Source: Phoronis australis
Taxonomy: Eukaryota > Animalia > Phoronida
Assembly (NCBI GenBank): GCA_002633005.1
Contig: NMRA01000364.1
Span: 243,075 to 307,074, forward strand
Direction of reading: 5' to 3'
Length of the DNA stretch: 64,000 nt
Below the pieces are notes generated by a model. It ran no database searches, was not told the origin of the DNA, and saw only the letters and a list, made by a program, of their open reading frames with translations. Positions 52,001 to 63,494 of the stretch are shown here, in pieces. Position numbers and translations under genes: made by a program. Within the stretch, counting starts at the first letter, position 1. Each line of letters opens with the position of its first letter.

Positions 52001-55000
52001 AGAGTTCAACAGCTGACTGGTGAGGCTGAGAACACGACGTCGGCAAAGAACTCGTTAGAAAGAAACAAGATAGAACTGGAAGGTCAGCTTGAGAGGATAT
52101 CAACAGAACTCCAGGACTATCAGTCAAAGTAAGATCTGATCTCTGATTGGCTAATTAACATGTTATGTACTTCGGGAAAGGGTTACACTACAAGGTTTCA
52201 AATATCCGTGTGAGGATCTTAAGATGATTTCTATGAATGTATAATTTTTAATTCATATAGTAATTTAGGAATATTGTAGAAGTGATTATTCAGAACTTAC
52301 TCAAGATTTCACTATTTAGTGAAACTTGAAGCTTTCCTCATTGTGTTATATTTAGGTAGAATTCAAAGGCAGTATTGCTTGACACGATTTTTTGCGATTT
52401 TTTCTGTGAAAGAGCACATAGTTACTGTTGTAATATATTATGCAATATTGCTTATCACACCCTACTGCAGATATACAGTGCTAGATAATGAACACCAGAA
52501 AATGTTGGAGAGCCACGAACAAGAGATGAAGGCGACGCGAACTAAACAGGAAGCTACTCTAGAATACCTGAATCAGGAGCATAGTCTAGCTATATCCAAG
52601 GTGAGATTTACTATTTGAAGATACGAAATAGAAATTTTTAGCAAATGTGAATTAGTTAAAGATTAGTCCAAAGGACCATTGAATCAATCCTCTATGTGTT
52701 GAATCCGTTATAAGGTCTTTAGCTTTTTGGAGTTTCCCTTGTGTAAGTTTACACCAAAACAGGCTGGATGTTTTTTCTTACAATTCTATCCGTAATGCGT
52801 TAGTTTCTCAAAATTCTATTTAAATGTTTGAGACCCTACACTGAGCCTAGAATTTGGATCTTCTAACCAAACGCACTGTATTTTGGTACAAAATGATGCA
52901 CTAAATGTATTTTGATTGTATATTGTGGTATTGCCCAGGGCGCGTAATGCTTCTGTGTGCATAGATCTAATACTGAATGTTATTGTTGCTGTTGTTTTGC
53001 CGCACCTGTTTGTAACATTTTGAACTTTGTATTGACTCCGCAGGCTTCTGACACAATTGATGACCTGGAACAGCAAATCACTCAACTGAAGCAAGCTTTA
53101 TTTGAGTCCGACAATCAACGTCAAAGACAGATCAGGGTAGGATCTCCGTTTTAGTTACGGTAAAAATTCTCCAGTTTGGGACAGTGAAAAATAAAGTATT
53201 TTGCTAAAGGTGGGAGCTTGTACCAGATTTTAGAGATAAACAATATTAGCAGTCCCAAATGACTAATACTTTCACCCTTATGTTCCGCACCATGGGGAGT
53301 GAAGAAAATGTTCTGTCGGTGGCTAGTTTTGCCAATGTAATCAATTGCCAAGTTTCTTAGATTAATAGGTTGATACAAAATGCAGTGTTCAATATTTGAT
53401 GAATGCCAAAGTATCCATGTCCCAATTCAAAGAATTAAATAAATTCAATATGGCATGAATTTTGGTGTTTGGATTTTTGTCCTGGGAGAACCCTGCTGAT
53501 ATTGTGTAAATATTCGGATCATTCTGCTGTTGTGTTGAAAACTTAATAGTAATATCACCAGCTTGAAAGATACATTATATTTTGTCAAAAATGATTTAAC
53601 TCTTCGAAATGTTCGTGAAATGATGCAGGTGTAATTCTCATCACTCTCTGCTCTTGTATGTTCCAGGAAATGGAACAGCTTCAAAAACAAGACAGGGAGC
53701 ATGCTGAGAATTTGCACGACAAGAAAGTGGCTGGACTAAAGAAGGAAGTGGACCAATTAGAGCAGACGTCACAGGGCAAGATCAGGAAGTTGGAGCAAGT
53801 TGTAAGGTGTGTTCTTATTGGTTGGTTTGTAGAACTAAGAGGAGGTTGCAAGGTGTGCTCTGATTGGTTGGTATGTTAAGACTGTCAAACAAACGTTGTT
53901 TGGGTCTTTTTATTTAGAGCAAGCTGTAAAGGGCATTCTAAGTTTTGTCTCTGACCAAATTCAGTTCTTGTATATGCACGGGGTTGTGTGTAGTCAGTGC
54001 ACGGTGTGCTTAAAAAAAGATGAACCTATTTTGAATTTTGTGCAAACAGCAAGTCACTGTTGCTTACAAAAGGTACAAACTCCGCTTTTATTATCAATAC
54101 TTTGAGAATGTTCTCTGTCAGTTGTACGAACAATGACAAGATGATAGTTTGTGGCTTTATAGAAATAGGGGTTTTAAATCGGATCTATCTTTTTGAAACA
54201 CTCTTGTGTTTTGATTGTGATCAGAGATTAAAATGATTGATTGGTAAACTTTAGTTTAATGCAGAATAACCTAAGTACAGTGATCTTTCAAAATTTCCAG
54301 GGACAAGGATGAAGAAATTCGTCAGCTGGTCGAGCAGAGCCGACAGCAGGCACGTGACTCTGAGCAGTCACTAGAGGAGTTCAAGTCTCAGATGGAGCGG
54401 AACTCTGGGCGAGTCTACAGCGATATGAAGGAACAGGTGCTCGGATATCTGTTGTCCTTGGGGGGGGCATGAATTAAACAGATGAATATTCAAAAGTGTA
54501 TGGTTTCGCCTTTCGTTCAAAGCCTGAATTTGTCACTTTGTCGTTCCCCCTATTGATTGTTATTGTAAGTGGTTTTGTCCTTCTCATATGGCTTTCATTC
54601 ATCACTATGTGGTGCCCTCCATTGTCTGTAAAAAAACAAGAGGATTTGATAGTTTATTGATGTCGGGGTGATGAGTAAATTTTGGAGGCAGGAGACAGAT
54701 TTGGCTTTACAAACCATGATTGTGCTTGGACGATACTACTATGTTCCATATACAGGATCTGTACTGGACATGTGATGGTTTTCCAAGCTGGTTTTTGATC
54801 ACATAATAGTGATCAGTGGCACCCTGAACAAGTAATTACACTAAATTTTTAGTTACAGCTAAATATGGTGAATTATGTCATTTCTAGATGTCTAAAGTTG
54901 AGGCAGATCTTGACAAGTCCAAGCAGCTGAGAGAAAAACAGGCGAGGGAACTGAACAAGCAGATTGACGAGCAGAAACGCAGGCATGAACAGGAGGTGGG

Positions 55001-58000
55001 TTTGAAGTCAATAAGTGTCTCTTACATTAATATTTTTTAAAAGCTAAGCAATATTCTTCTGACATGGCATGATTTGTCTTCAAAATAATCAGAATTCCAA
55101 AAAACATTTAATGCTAGATTTTATAATTTTTGGTGGCAATTTTAAATTTCTGCTAGTCAGAAGTTTGTGGACTGTTCCATTATAAGGCTGTTATTTCTTG
55201 TATCTAACGCCCTTTGGGTGATGATTCCTCCAAATCCCAATGATGGATGTAAATACGGGAAAAACTTCTGACAACTTTCAACAAACTCAAAAAAGACTCC
55301 TCACCTGGAAAATATTGTGCTTGACGTCGTTCATCCCTACGCAGCGCAGTCGATCAAGCCACACACTTTAGTGTCATCCCGTTACATTTTTTCCGCCAAA
55401 CTGTTATCTGCCATGGGGAAGAACTAGATTCGTTATTACCTGTTAGTTATTTACTGTTCAGGCATAAATAATTCATACAATGTGTGAATAAATTTTTTAA
55501 AAAGAATACATTTCCAATAAGTTTGACCAGTACCTTAGGCTTCCAAATACCTGTCAGTTGAATCTTCTGAATGTAAAATGCAAATGTTTTAGCATAAGAA
55601 AAGGTGAGAATATTGTTAATGCAAACAGTACCCATATTCATTTTGTTTGTAATTGAGCGATTGTAACTTTGCTTGCACTAACAACAGTCCTTCCTCCTCA
55701 TTACCAGATTGCCGACCTACGCATGCACTACGAGCAGGAAAAGGCAGATATGATGCGGGACTTCCACAACCAAAAGGAGGCGCTGCACCTGGAGAAGGAG
55801 CAGGAAGTAGAGTCTCTGCGTGAGAATCAGGTGACGCAGCAGCGAGAGGCAGAGGCGAGGGCCGGCGAGAGGCACGAGTATCAGGCAAAGGTAGAGTTAA
55901 GGAATGTAACGATGATGGTAATAATAATAATGATGATAATAATAATAAGATAAATTGTTATTTTAACAATGGTGTGGATTTTGGTGACCAAAAAAATCTG
56001 CAGCATCATCGTTAGACAAAAGCAGGCTTGAGACGGCTCGACACAGCAAAAATGCCATCTGTGATCTCTACACTGGACACAGTGTGGTTGTGCAAAATTA
56101 GAAGAGTAACGTCGCCTTATTGAAGATCTGGTATTATTCCTTCTAGTAGATACAGAATTAAATTAAAACAACACTTGCCATTGAAACACATACATGTCAC
56201 AACATATGAGTCAAACTAACAAGTACCCGGATTGTGCTAACTAGTAAGCAGTTACTATTATTAAGCTACTGACAAGCATTGTGGCTTCCATTTGCTCTTG
56301 TAGACCATTTCTGGCCTTGAGCAGCAGATCCATGACCTTCGCGAAGAACTGTCGGAGGCCAATCAGCTACGGAAACAACAATTGGTCGAACTGGGTTTGC
56401 TGCGAGAGGAGGAAAAGCAGAAGATGTTACGTGATCACGAGGCGCAGGTATGGCTGATGAACATGTGACCCGGGGGTTGTTGGGATAGCTGGTGGGGCAA
56501 GATTTTCATGTTTTTCTTTGGCTCAAAGATGCTCGTCTTTTTTCCACTGGGTTTATTCGACATTACGTGCTTCAATCAACTAGTGATTGCTATGCTGTGT
56601 CTATTCTCCCCGTACGTTATAGGTGAAGCTAGGTATTCCTGCAATCTGTCTCATGAACAGTGAAGGTAGGACTTATGTCGGAAATTTGGTCTTACACTCC
56701 GCATAGCTACTTCTGAAAAAGTAATTAAATCTTAGTATATCAAAAATAGAAAATCTCTGAGAATATACACATAACTGGTTGTTACTCGGTTTACTTTAAT
56801 TATACATTATTTCCACAGTGTAATGTTCACATAATTATTTGGCTAAACTTTCATTCAGCAGTTACAAAGTGGGAGTGTGAGACCAAGTTTCTGTCGGAAG
56901 TTTTGGTCCGCTGCCAAAAAACAGAACCCTGATCTCGTTATTTTGGTTCTTCCCTATTTAAGACATTTCGTCTTCCATTCAAAGTGAGAATAAAAAAGTT
57001 GAAGGACAGCCTTTTTGATCGTATGTATTTAGGAATTTTCCAGTAAACTCAATATGGGGAAACTTAAATTAAAATTGTGGGTGGTTGTGTTCTGAGCAAC
57101 TAAATGTTAACCGTATGTGGCTATTCAATGTATAAAATATCACTGGTTGTTGGTATTTGTTATTAATAATTTCGTTGTGATAAGTGTTAGCACCTGTTCC
57201 ACGCAACAACAAAGTATAGGCTTTGTATACCAAACCAAATTTTTAGGCATTATATAACACACTGAATCCAAACTGGTTAGGATCTGATTAGCATTAGTTT
57301 TTGCAGCATATTTATGCTGTATCGTGAAGGTGTGTTACTGAAATGGCGTTTGATTGGCTGTTTTGGTTGGGAAGACCAGTAAGTGTTGAACTGAATATGC
57401 AAATTCAGCGACAAGTCATTGAAGTGGCCATGTATAATTTTAAGAAAATTATAGGTAACTGCATTCCAAAGTTTTTGAAAGTTATGGGTGGTGGGTTAGG
57501 AGACTAAAACATGATAGGGGTGGGGTCTGGGTTTGTGATGTGCACTTGGGAAAGCAAACTTGTGGTTTTAAAGAAGAAATCAAAGGGTTCCATTTTATAG
57601 CTCAAACCAAAACAATCGTTTTGACATGTGGCACTGTATAGAGCTTTAAACCTTTAGCAAAACAGTTTTGTGAGTCTGTGGTAGGAAACGAGCTGTAGTG
57701 TTCTCTTCATATTTCATTTACCGGTAAACATTTTTAAGTCAAATTAGTTCTGTTTGTGCACTAAGGTTGCCAAAATGAAGTCACAGATGGAGCAGCAGAG
57801 ATTAGAAGTACAAAAGACACATACTGAGGAAACGGAAAAACTATTGGAAAAGGTAACTCAATTGTTTATTAAGTGCTATTTGGTTTGGTTTGGTTTCGTG
57901 TTCCCAGGTAAATTTTACATGGCTTGCATTTTTCGTTGTGTAATAAGCAATTTCTAATTGTGTGTTACTTCCTTTAGGTTTTAATTAAATGAAATAGACT

Positions 58001-60597
58001 GAGGAAGAGGGAGGTGTAGGTAGTTTTAATGCAAAAAGACACTTGGTGAATTTAGGCAACAAGATTTTTGAAATTCGCTTTCTTTCCTGAAGATGTATGA
58101 TGATTGGCAAAGTACGGGACTGATTAATTAAACATCTTGTATTGTTGGTATTACTCGGTAGTAGTGCCCCCTGGTGCAGAGTTTGTTGCAAACGATACCA
58201 TTTTCGGTGTTGGGTAACTTCTTTCTCCATTTTTCGTATTGTTACTGCTTAATTGGTTCTAGCTTGTGCCCGTTTTGTTTTAAAACACCCGCCTCTTTGT
58301 TTAAAGAAAATGTCACTCTATTACAAAATTTTTCTTATTTGTTCTCAAAAGCTATGCACACGTATCACTGGTAGGTTTTTTAACAATGTAGCTTGGCAAC
58401 TCAGACACAATCACTTCTTGTATTACTTTAATGTATTGATAACAAGTACTCAAACACAAGTGGTGCGGGTTTGAATCACTCTAAGCAAGCACCCCCCCCC
58501 CCTTGAAGCTGGGGAAAACTGCATCACTTTAGTTCATATCGTGTGACTTTTCATTGAAAAATGTGCAACTAAATTAACACTATCACTCCATTAATTCTAA
58601 AAAACACAGACTAGAACTAAATTGCTTTTTAAGGCGCTCACTTTGCATATTATATTTGGTGAATGAGAAGTTGTTCAATACCACTAGCATTCCTTGTCAT
58701 TAAAATATAGAGATAACTTAAGTTTAATTGATAACTCTGATATTTGTGTATGGTTTATTTTAAAGTGATTCTGGCTATGTTACCAAGTGATGAAATGTTA
58801 ACTTTTTGCAGACCAATTCAAGGTTGAAAGAAATAGAAAAGGAATACACACAGAGGTTGAACAAATCTTCAGAGGTAAATTTCTATCCTTGGGTATCGTT
58901 GGCACTGATTTGACACTGGGTGGGATAATATCCTGACCTCTTGTTTTGTTAGGGGCCAACGTTTGCCCAAGGCAGGGTTTTGGCATCATTTGACTGCAGA
59001 AGATGCTGTTGAATTTATGAGTATTTCAGCGTGGATGCAATGATAAGAAATGCAACTACAAAAAATGATTGTCATCAGTTTCATTTCTTGTTTGTTTCCA
59101 GTGTTATCAGTAACAAAATAAAAATTAGCCAATTTACCAGGGCTCCATTCTCTTCGTAAGCAGGGTCTAATCTTTGAAATCAAACTCAAAATTATTTTTT
59201 TTTTGGCATTTTCCATTCTATTTGAATTCCAACTCAAGATAAAGAGTTTACAATGCTGTGCTCGAGTATTTTATGGTTTGCATAGGTGACTGCCTAATCC
59301 CAATTTGCACTTGATGACCCCAGCTTAAAGCTATTTTACCTTTGAGTCTGAACTCAAAATTTTGAGTTTCTGCTCAAGATCTTGAGTTTCTACATAAATT
59401 TGTCGCTCAGATCTTCGGGTCGTCAAGTGCAAACATGGACTAGAAACTCGAGCATAGAGTTATATGAAAAAAATAATTGCAGGCGGTCTGATACATGTTG
59501 TACCAGATGTGCGCAACAGGCAGAGCATGTGGGCCTATTGCTCTGATCACCTGGAACCATTTTTATGCTTTATTAATATATAGTTAAAACCGAGCTGAGG
59601 AGCTTGAAACGTCACTCAAGGGTCCAGCAATGTGGCCCAGTGGGACTCGAACCCACAACCTTGAGTAAAGAAAGTGGGCACCTATCACACTAAGCCACAC
59701 TGCCTCCTCAGTGTAGAGTTATAAACATTTATCTTAAGTTTGTATCAAAGTAGAATAGAAAATCTCAAAAAATAAATTCGATTTCTTGTACAGAGATTAG
59801 ACCTTAGACACCGAGAAATAGTTATGAACCAAAAAATGGAAGATGTGTCCACTGGATACCAATGTTTGGAAGTGTAGGCTGGTCACTAAATAATTGTTAG
59901 CAACAAAAGCTGTGAAAGTTTGAATTAAAAGTAAAAATTTTGATTCGAAATATGATTGAGAATTCCGTAATTTGTAATAGCTTCTGTTGCTAAAAGTGTC
60001 GTTCAAATTTCCTTCATTTACATTTCTAAACAGTTGTGCTTACACAGAAAGTGCATTTTTCCATTGTTTCTTTCTGATTAGTGTTTCAAGGATAATCACC
60101 AAGTAATCTACTGGTGATATTAGGCACCTGTGTCGCTATAATGCCATAACTTCATTACCTTTTTCACAAATTCCAAACAAAGACTTTTGACCAGTCGTGA
60201 GTTTGATCAAGTCTCTGTTTAGACTCTTTGGGACTCCTTGAAATAGGCTCCAGAGCCACTGAAAAGTTAGGAGTCAGAGTTAATGTAGCTTGGATATCTA
60301 TGATGTTATTTACAAAATACATCTGTGTTTCTAGTAGAGTTGTCTCCATAACAACAACAACCATTGTAACAACAACAGCAACAGTAATAACAGCAACAAC
60401 AACAACAGTAATAACAACAACGGTAATAACCATGGTGTAATTTGCAGAGTATATCAGAGCTTCAGAAGACAACAGAGAGGCTGAGACAGGAGAGAGATAA
60501 CTTGAGGGCCGAGAAGGAGAAAGCATTGTCAGAACATTCCAGTAGACATGAGGATGAGAAGAAGACACTGCGGAGAGCGCACTCTGGACAGTTACTG
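39904..60597 (+). CDS. CEP112: Centrosomal protein 112 (CCDC46), 23 exons in window, C-terminus beyond window
   Basis: N-terminal LDEEFDQDLVDMKPYVLRLPHKSERQRCALWIKKLCEP...RKNRNLYAQLMVKMLKKGNLEGPFTHRP, then coiled coil MKTKMMEAKFHEEKLRLQQKHD and RKQQLVELGLLREEEKQK. All 23 exons join in phase (2676 nt). Confidence 0.95.
40110..40230. repeat. Palindromic mini-MITE family, copy 4 (inverted)
   Basis: Same arms; loop TTTGATGCCTGTTATTCA. Confidence 0.65.
40914..41072. mobile_element. 159-bp MITE derived from the same Tc1/pogo-like family
   Basis: Same 23-bp TIRs, TA TSD, TTAACCGCCC repeats. Confidence 0.85.
41878..41944 (+). CDS. CEP112: CEP112 exon 2
   Basis: (E)RQRCALWIKKLCEPQGAGISG(R). Confidence 0.93.
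45254..45371 (+). CDS. CEP112: CEP112 exon 3
   Basis: KNRNLYAQLMVKMLKKGNLEGPFTHRPDEGPLPTMPSYM. Confidence 0.93.
45561..45599 (+). CDS. CEP112: CEP112 exon 4
   Basis: SVYFEDDNGGTKN, ttcag/gtgagt. Confidence 0.88.
45629..45804. repeat. 63-bp minisatellite running into an assembly gap
   Basis: Unit TGTATACGGTGTGTGGTCATAATTAGATTGTAGCGCCTATTTGCAAAGTCACACCCGCAATGA at 45629, 45692 and 45755. Confidence 0.9.
46294..46445 (+). CDS. CEP112: CEP112 exon 5
   Basis: TKSIPDWVNDLG...SPRSRSR, GT-AG, in phase. Confidence 0.85.
46652..46833 (+). CDS. CEP112: CEP112 exon 6
   Basis: RTETAGLADNSNRPRSPP...SSDEDDMR, in phase. Confidence 0.82.
47323..47393 (+). CDS. CEP112: CEP112 exon 7
   Basis: (T)VYRRRSGSPVRGSSPTRSPRPHE; restores phase 0. 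Confidence 0.78.
48107..48214 (+). CDS. CEP112: CEP112 exon 8
   Basis: DSEWSRG...LYRDEASLIRQHEKE. Confidence 0.85.
48910..48996 (+). CDS. CEP112: CEP112 exon 9
   Basis: LEMKTKMMEAKFHEEKLRLQQKHDAAVQK. Confidence 0.95.
49760..49859 (+). CDS. CEP112: CEP112 exon 10
   Basis: ILDRKNAEIEDVKSHF...KLEKK; weak donor gttttt. Confidence 0.88.
50432..50550 (+). CDS. CEP112: CEP112 exon 11
   Basis: (V)NSLVKESAVIRENKDKQISELKK...YEKR. Confidence 0.9.
50975..51118 (+). CDS. CEP112: CEP112 exon 12
   Basis: IHDMVANFEQEKFEMQKSHTKNIQELLDDTNSRLQKMEQEY. Confidence 0.93.
51880..51950. repeat. Imperfect (GTT)n microsatellite
   Basis: Direct reading. Confidence 0.7.
51974..52128 (+). CDS. CEP112: CEP112 exon 13
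   Basis: SMVIKDLEARVQQLTGEAEN... Confidence 0.93.
52471..52600 (+). CDS. CEP112: CEP112 exon 14
   Basis: YTVLDNEHQKML...QEHSLAISK. Confidence 0.92.
53044..53136 (+). CDS. CEP112: CEP112 exon 15
   Basis: ASDTIDDLEQQITQLKQALFESDNQRQRQIR. Confidence 0.92.
53667..53806 (+). CDS. CEP112: CEP112 exon 16
   Basis: EMEQLQKQDREH...KIRKLEQVV(R). Confidence 0.9.
54301..54436 (+). CDS. CEP112: CEP112 exon 17
   Basis: DKDEEIRQL...LEEFKSQMERNSGRVYSDMKEQ. Confidence 0.92.
54888..54995 (+). CDS. CEP112: CEP112 exon 18
   Basis: MSKVEADLDKSKQLREKQ... Confidence 0.92.
55708..55890 (+). CDS. CEP112: CEP112 exon 19
   Basis: IADLRMHYEQEK...HEYQAK. Confidence 0.92.
56304..56447 (+). CDS. CEP112: CEP112 exon 20
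   Basis: TISGLEQQIHDLREEL...RKQQLVELGLLREEEKQK. Confidence 0.94.
57766..57852 (+). CDS. CEP112: CEP112 exon 21
   Basis: VAKMKSQMEQQRLEVQKTHTEETEKLLEK; AAG acceptor. Confidence 0.88.
58812..58874 (+). CDS. CEP112: CEP112 exon 22
   Basis: TNSRLKEIEKEYTQRLNKSSE. Confidence 0.9.
59259..59454. repeat. Palindromic MITE-like element
   Basis: TGCTCGAG...TTGCACTTGATGACCC / GGGTCGTCAAGTGCAA...CTCGAGCA; internally shorter in the copy at 63881-63988. Confidence 0.5.
59465..59713 (-). mobile_element. tRNA-derived SINE
   Basis: Head GGAGGCAGTGTGGCTTAGTG (A box)...GGTTCGAGTCCCA (B box); possible TSD TAGAGTTATA at 59455 and 59714. Confidence 0.65.
60349..60430. repeat. Imperfect (AAC/AAT/AGC)n microsatellite
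   Basis: Direct reading. Confidence 0.8.
60448..60597 (+). CDS. CEP112: CEP112 exon 23
   Basis: SISELQKTTERLRQE...HEDEKKTLRRAHSGQLL. Confidence 0.9.
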
Positions 60598-60964
60598 GTG
60601 AGTGAGGAGGCATGGTACTGTTTTAAAGAGACATTGTCAGTTTTTGGTGAAACTGGCTAAGTCAACCGTAGACTGAATTTTAACCAAAAGACAAAAGCAG
60701 ACCCCTGGGGTATGTTTCATGAAAAGTGACCGCACAACTTATTTCCAAAGAAATAGACTGAACTCTCTTCAGTATAGTACAAAATCTCTTAGAATGTTCT
60801 CATTAAGTGGGTGCTTCACACAATATTAACTGCATTTCGTAAGATAGGCCTCTAGTTCGTTGCATTGTCCAAATCTGAACAATGCAAACTTCTGTATATT
60901 TCTCAAGTTTGTTTCTGGTTTCAGTTTTACTGCCAAAAACTAACATCACACATACCTTATGTTT

Positions 60965-61049
60965 TGAGGAGGCAGTGTGGGCTAGTGTCTGCTTCCTGTA
61001 CTCAAGGTCGTGGGTTCGAGTCTTAATGCACGCTGCTAGACTTTTGAGT
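60965..61049 (+). mobile_element. Second copy of the tRNA-derived SINE head, cut by N
   Basis: TGAGGAGGCAGTGTGG...ACTCAAGGTCGTGGGTTCGAGTC. Confidence 0.6.
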
Positions 61050-61050
61050 N

Positions 61051-61448
61051 GTGACAGTAGATGAAGTGCCTCCACTGGCTCCAGTCACTGTACTGGCCAC
61101 AGCTCGCGAGGCTTCTCGCTTCAAAAACGCACTTCTCGGGGGTGGCGACGGGGCACTGCCGGGAATCAACACAGACGGAATGGCATCCTTCTTCAGACGT
61201 TTCGCAGGGACCTTCATCAGTTCAGCATACAAATCCCTTTCGTAATCGAACGGCAGAAAGAGCTTGCCACACACACGGTAATTCTCCACTGCTTTGTACA
61301 TTGCGTGGACGGGTAACGCTGCGTTCTTTACACGAATGATCCAAGTACGGCGAAGTGTGTCTTCCATCGGAAAGCGATGCAAAGGTACTCCCAAAGCCCG
61401 CGTGAGCCGATAATTAGTACATCCTGGTACGCAGCAACAGTGTGGCAT
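61051..61448 (-). CDS. THAP-domain ORF, N-terminus of a probable transposase, cut by the N join at 61050
   Basis: CCVPGC...LHRFP...W...VCGKLF...DAIPSV gives the THAP signature and AVPTIF-like box. Confidence 0.85.
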
Positions 61449-61713
61449 GTTGACTGACTAGTAAATGAAAGCAAACGACGACGAAACTTAACACAACCGA
61501 GGTAGAACAATGACTGACTCGGCAGCTCTCACAGTCAGACTATATGAAAAGAAATTGGCGCGAAATGCTTGCCTCCTAAAACGTCACTTCCGGAGTAACG
61601 GACGAGTAATTAATAAAATTACGAAAAGCTGTAATCAAGTGGAAAATATGTCTAGGATAACCAACCAACCTTATTTTAGCTCAAAATGACACGGAAAAAG
61701 GTTGCCTTTGCCT
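61051..61713 (-). mobile_element. Kolobok-like DNA transposon, 5' end
   Basis: Minus-strand terminus TTAA|AGGCAAAGGCAACC; THAP ORF starts 265 nt inside; empty TTAA site at 57064-57067 in the duplicate block. Confidence 0.72.
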
Positions 61714-62401
61714 TTAAAATAAAAGTTGTGGGTGGTTGTGTTCTGAGCTACTAAATGTTATCCGTATGTGGTTATTCAGTGTATAAAATATCACTGGTTG
61801 TTGGTATTTGTTATTCATAATTTCTTTGTGATAAGTGTTAGCACCTGTTCCATGCAACAACAAAGTATAGGCTTTGTATGCCAAACCAAATTTTTAGGCA
61901 TTATATAACACACTGAATCCAAACTGGTTAGGATCTGAATAGCATTAGTTTTGCAACATATTTATGCTGTATCGTGTTACTGAAATGGCGTTTGATTGGC
62001 TGTTTTGGTTGGGAAGACCAGTAAGTGTTGAACTGAATATGCAAATTTAGCGACAAGTCATTGAAATGGCCATGTATAATTTTAAGAAAATTACAGGTAA
62101 CTGCATTCCAAAGTTTTTGAAAGTAACGGGGGGTGGGTTAGGAAACTAAAACATGATATGGGTGGGGTCTGGGTTTGTGATGTGCACTTGGGAAAGCAAA
62201 CTTGTTGTTTTAAAGAAGAAATCAAAGGGTTCCATTTTATGGCTCAAACCAAAACAATCGTTTTGACTTGTGGCACTGTATGGAGCTTTAAACCTTTAGC
62301 AAAACAGTTTTGTGAGTCTGTGGTAGGAAACGAGCTGTAGCGTTCTCTTCATATTTCATTTAAGCATTTTGAAGTCAAATTAGTTCTGTTTGTGCACTAA
62401 G

Positions 62402-62488
62402 GTTGCCAAAATGAAGTCACAGATGGAGCAGCAGAGATTAGAAGTACAAAAGACACATACTGAGGAAACGGAAAAACTATTGGAAAAG
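62402..62488 (+). CDS. CEP112: Duplicate of CEP112 exon 21 (probably the other haplotype)
   Basis: Identical exon inside the block duplicated from 57064 onward. Confidence 0.6.
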
Positions 62489-63431
62489 GTAACTCAATTA
62501 TTTATTAAGTGCCATTTGGTTTGGTTTGGTTTCGTGTTCCCAGGTAATTTTTACATGGCTTGCATTTTTCGTTGTGTAATAAGCAATTTCTAATTGTGTG
62601 TTACTTCCTTTAGGTTTTAATTAAATGAAATAGACTGAGGAAGAGGGAGCTGTTGGTAGTTTTAATGCAAAAAGACACTTGGTGAATTTAGGCAAAAGAT
62701 TTTTGAAATTCACTTTCTTTCCTGAATAGGTATGATGATTGGCAAAGTACAGGACTGATTAATTAAATATCTTGTATTGTTGGTATTACTCGGCAGTAGT
62801 ACCCCCAGGTGCAGAGTTTGTTGAAAACGATAACACTTTTGTTGTTGGGTAACTTCTTTCTCCATTTCTCGTATTGTTACTGCTGAATTGGTTCTAGCTT
62901 GTGCCCGTCTCGTTTTAAAACACGCGCCTCTGCCTACATAATTTTTCTTATTATTTGTTCTCAAAAGCTACGCACACATATATCACTGGTAGTTTTTTTT
63001 AACAATGTAGCTTGGCAACTCAAACACAATCACTTCTTGTATCAATTTAATTTATTAATAACAAGTTTTCAAGCACAAGTGGTGCGGGTTTGAATCACTC
63101 TAAGCAAGTACCCCCCCCCCCTTGAAGCTGGGGGAAAACTGCACCACTTTAGTTCATATCGTGTGACTTTTCATTGAAAAATGTGCAACTAAATTAACAC
63201 TATCACTGCATTAATTCTAAAAAACAGAGACTAGAACTAAAATGCTTTTTAGGGCGTTCACTTTGCATATTATGTTTGGTGAATGAGAAGTTGTTCAATA
63301 CCACTAGCATTCCTTGTCATTAAAATATAGAGATAACTTAAGTTTAATTGATAACTCTGATATTTATGTATGGTTTATTTTAAAGTGATTCTGGCTATGT
63401 TACCAAGTGATGAAATATTGACTTTTTGCAG

Positions 63432-63494
63432 ACCAATTCAAGATTGAAAGAAATAGAAAAGGAATACACACAGAGGTTGAACAAATCTTCAGAG
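63432..63494 (+). CDS. CEP112: Duplicate of CEP112 exon 22 (probably the other haplotype)
   Basis: Same exon with a synonymous AGG/AGA change. Confidence 0.6.

Noticed and set aside
59634-59710. tRNA gene
   Set aside because: A and B boxes are present but there is no convincing acceptor or anticodon stem, and a second diverged copy exists; treated as a SINE head
60164-60613. 149-aa minus-strand ORF with a poly-Val/Thr stretch
   Set aside because: Antisense to CEP112 exon 23 plus an (AAC)n microsatellite
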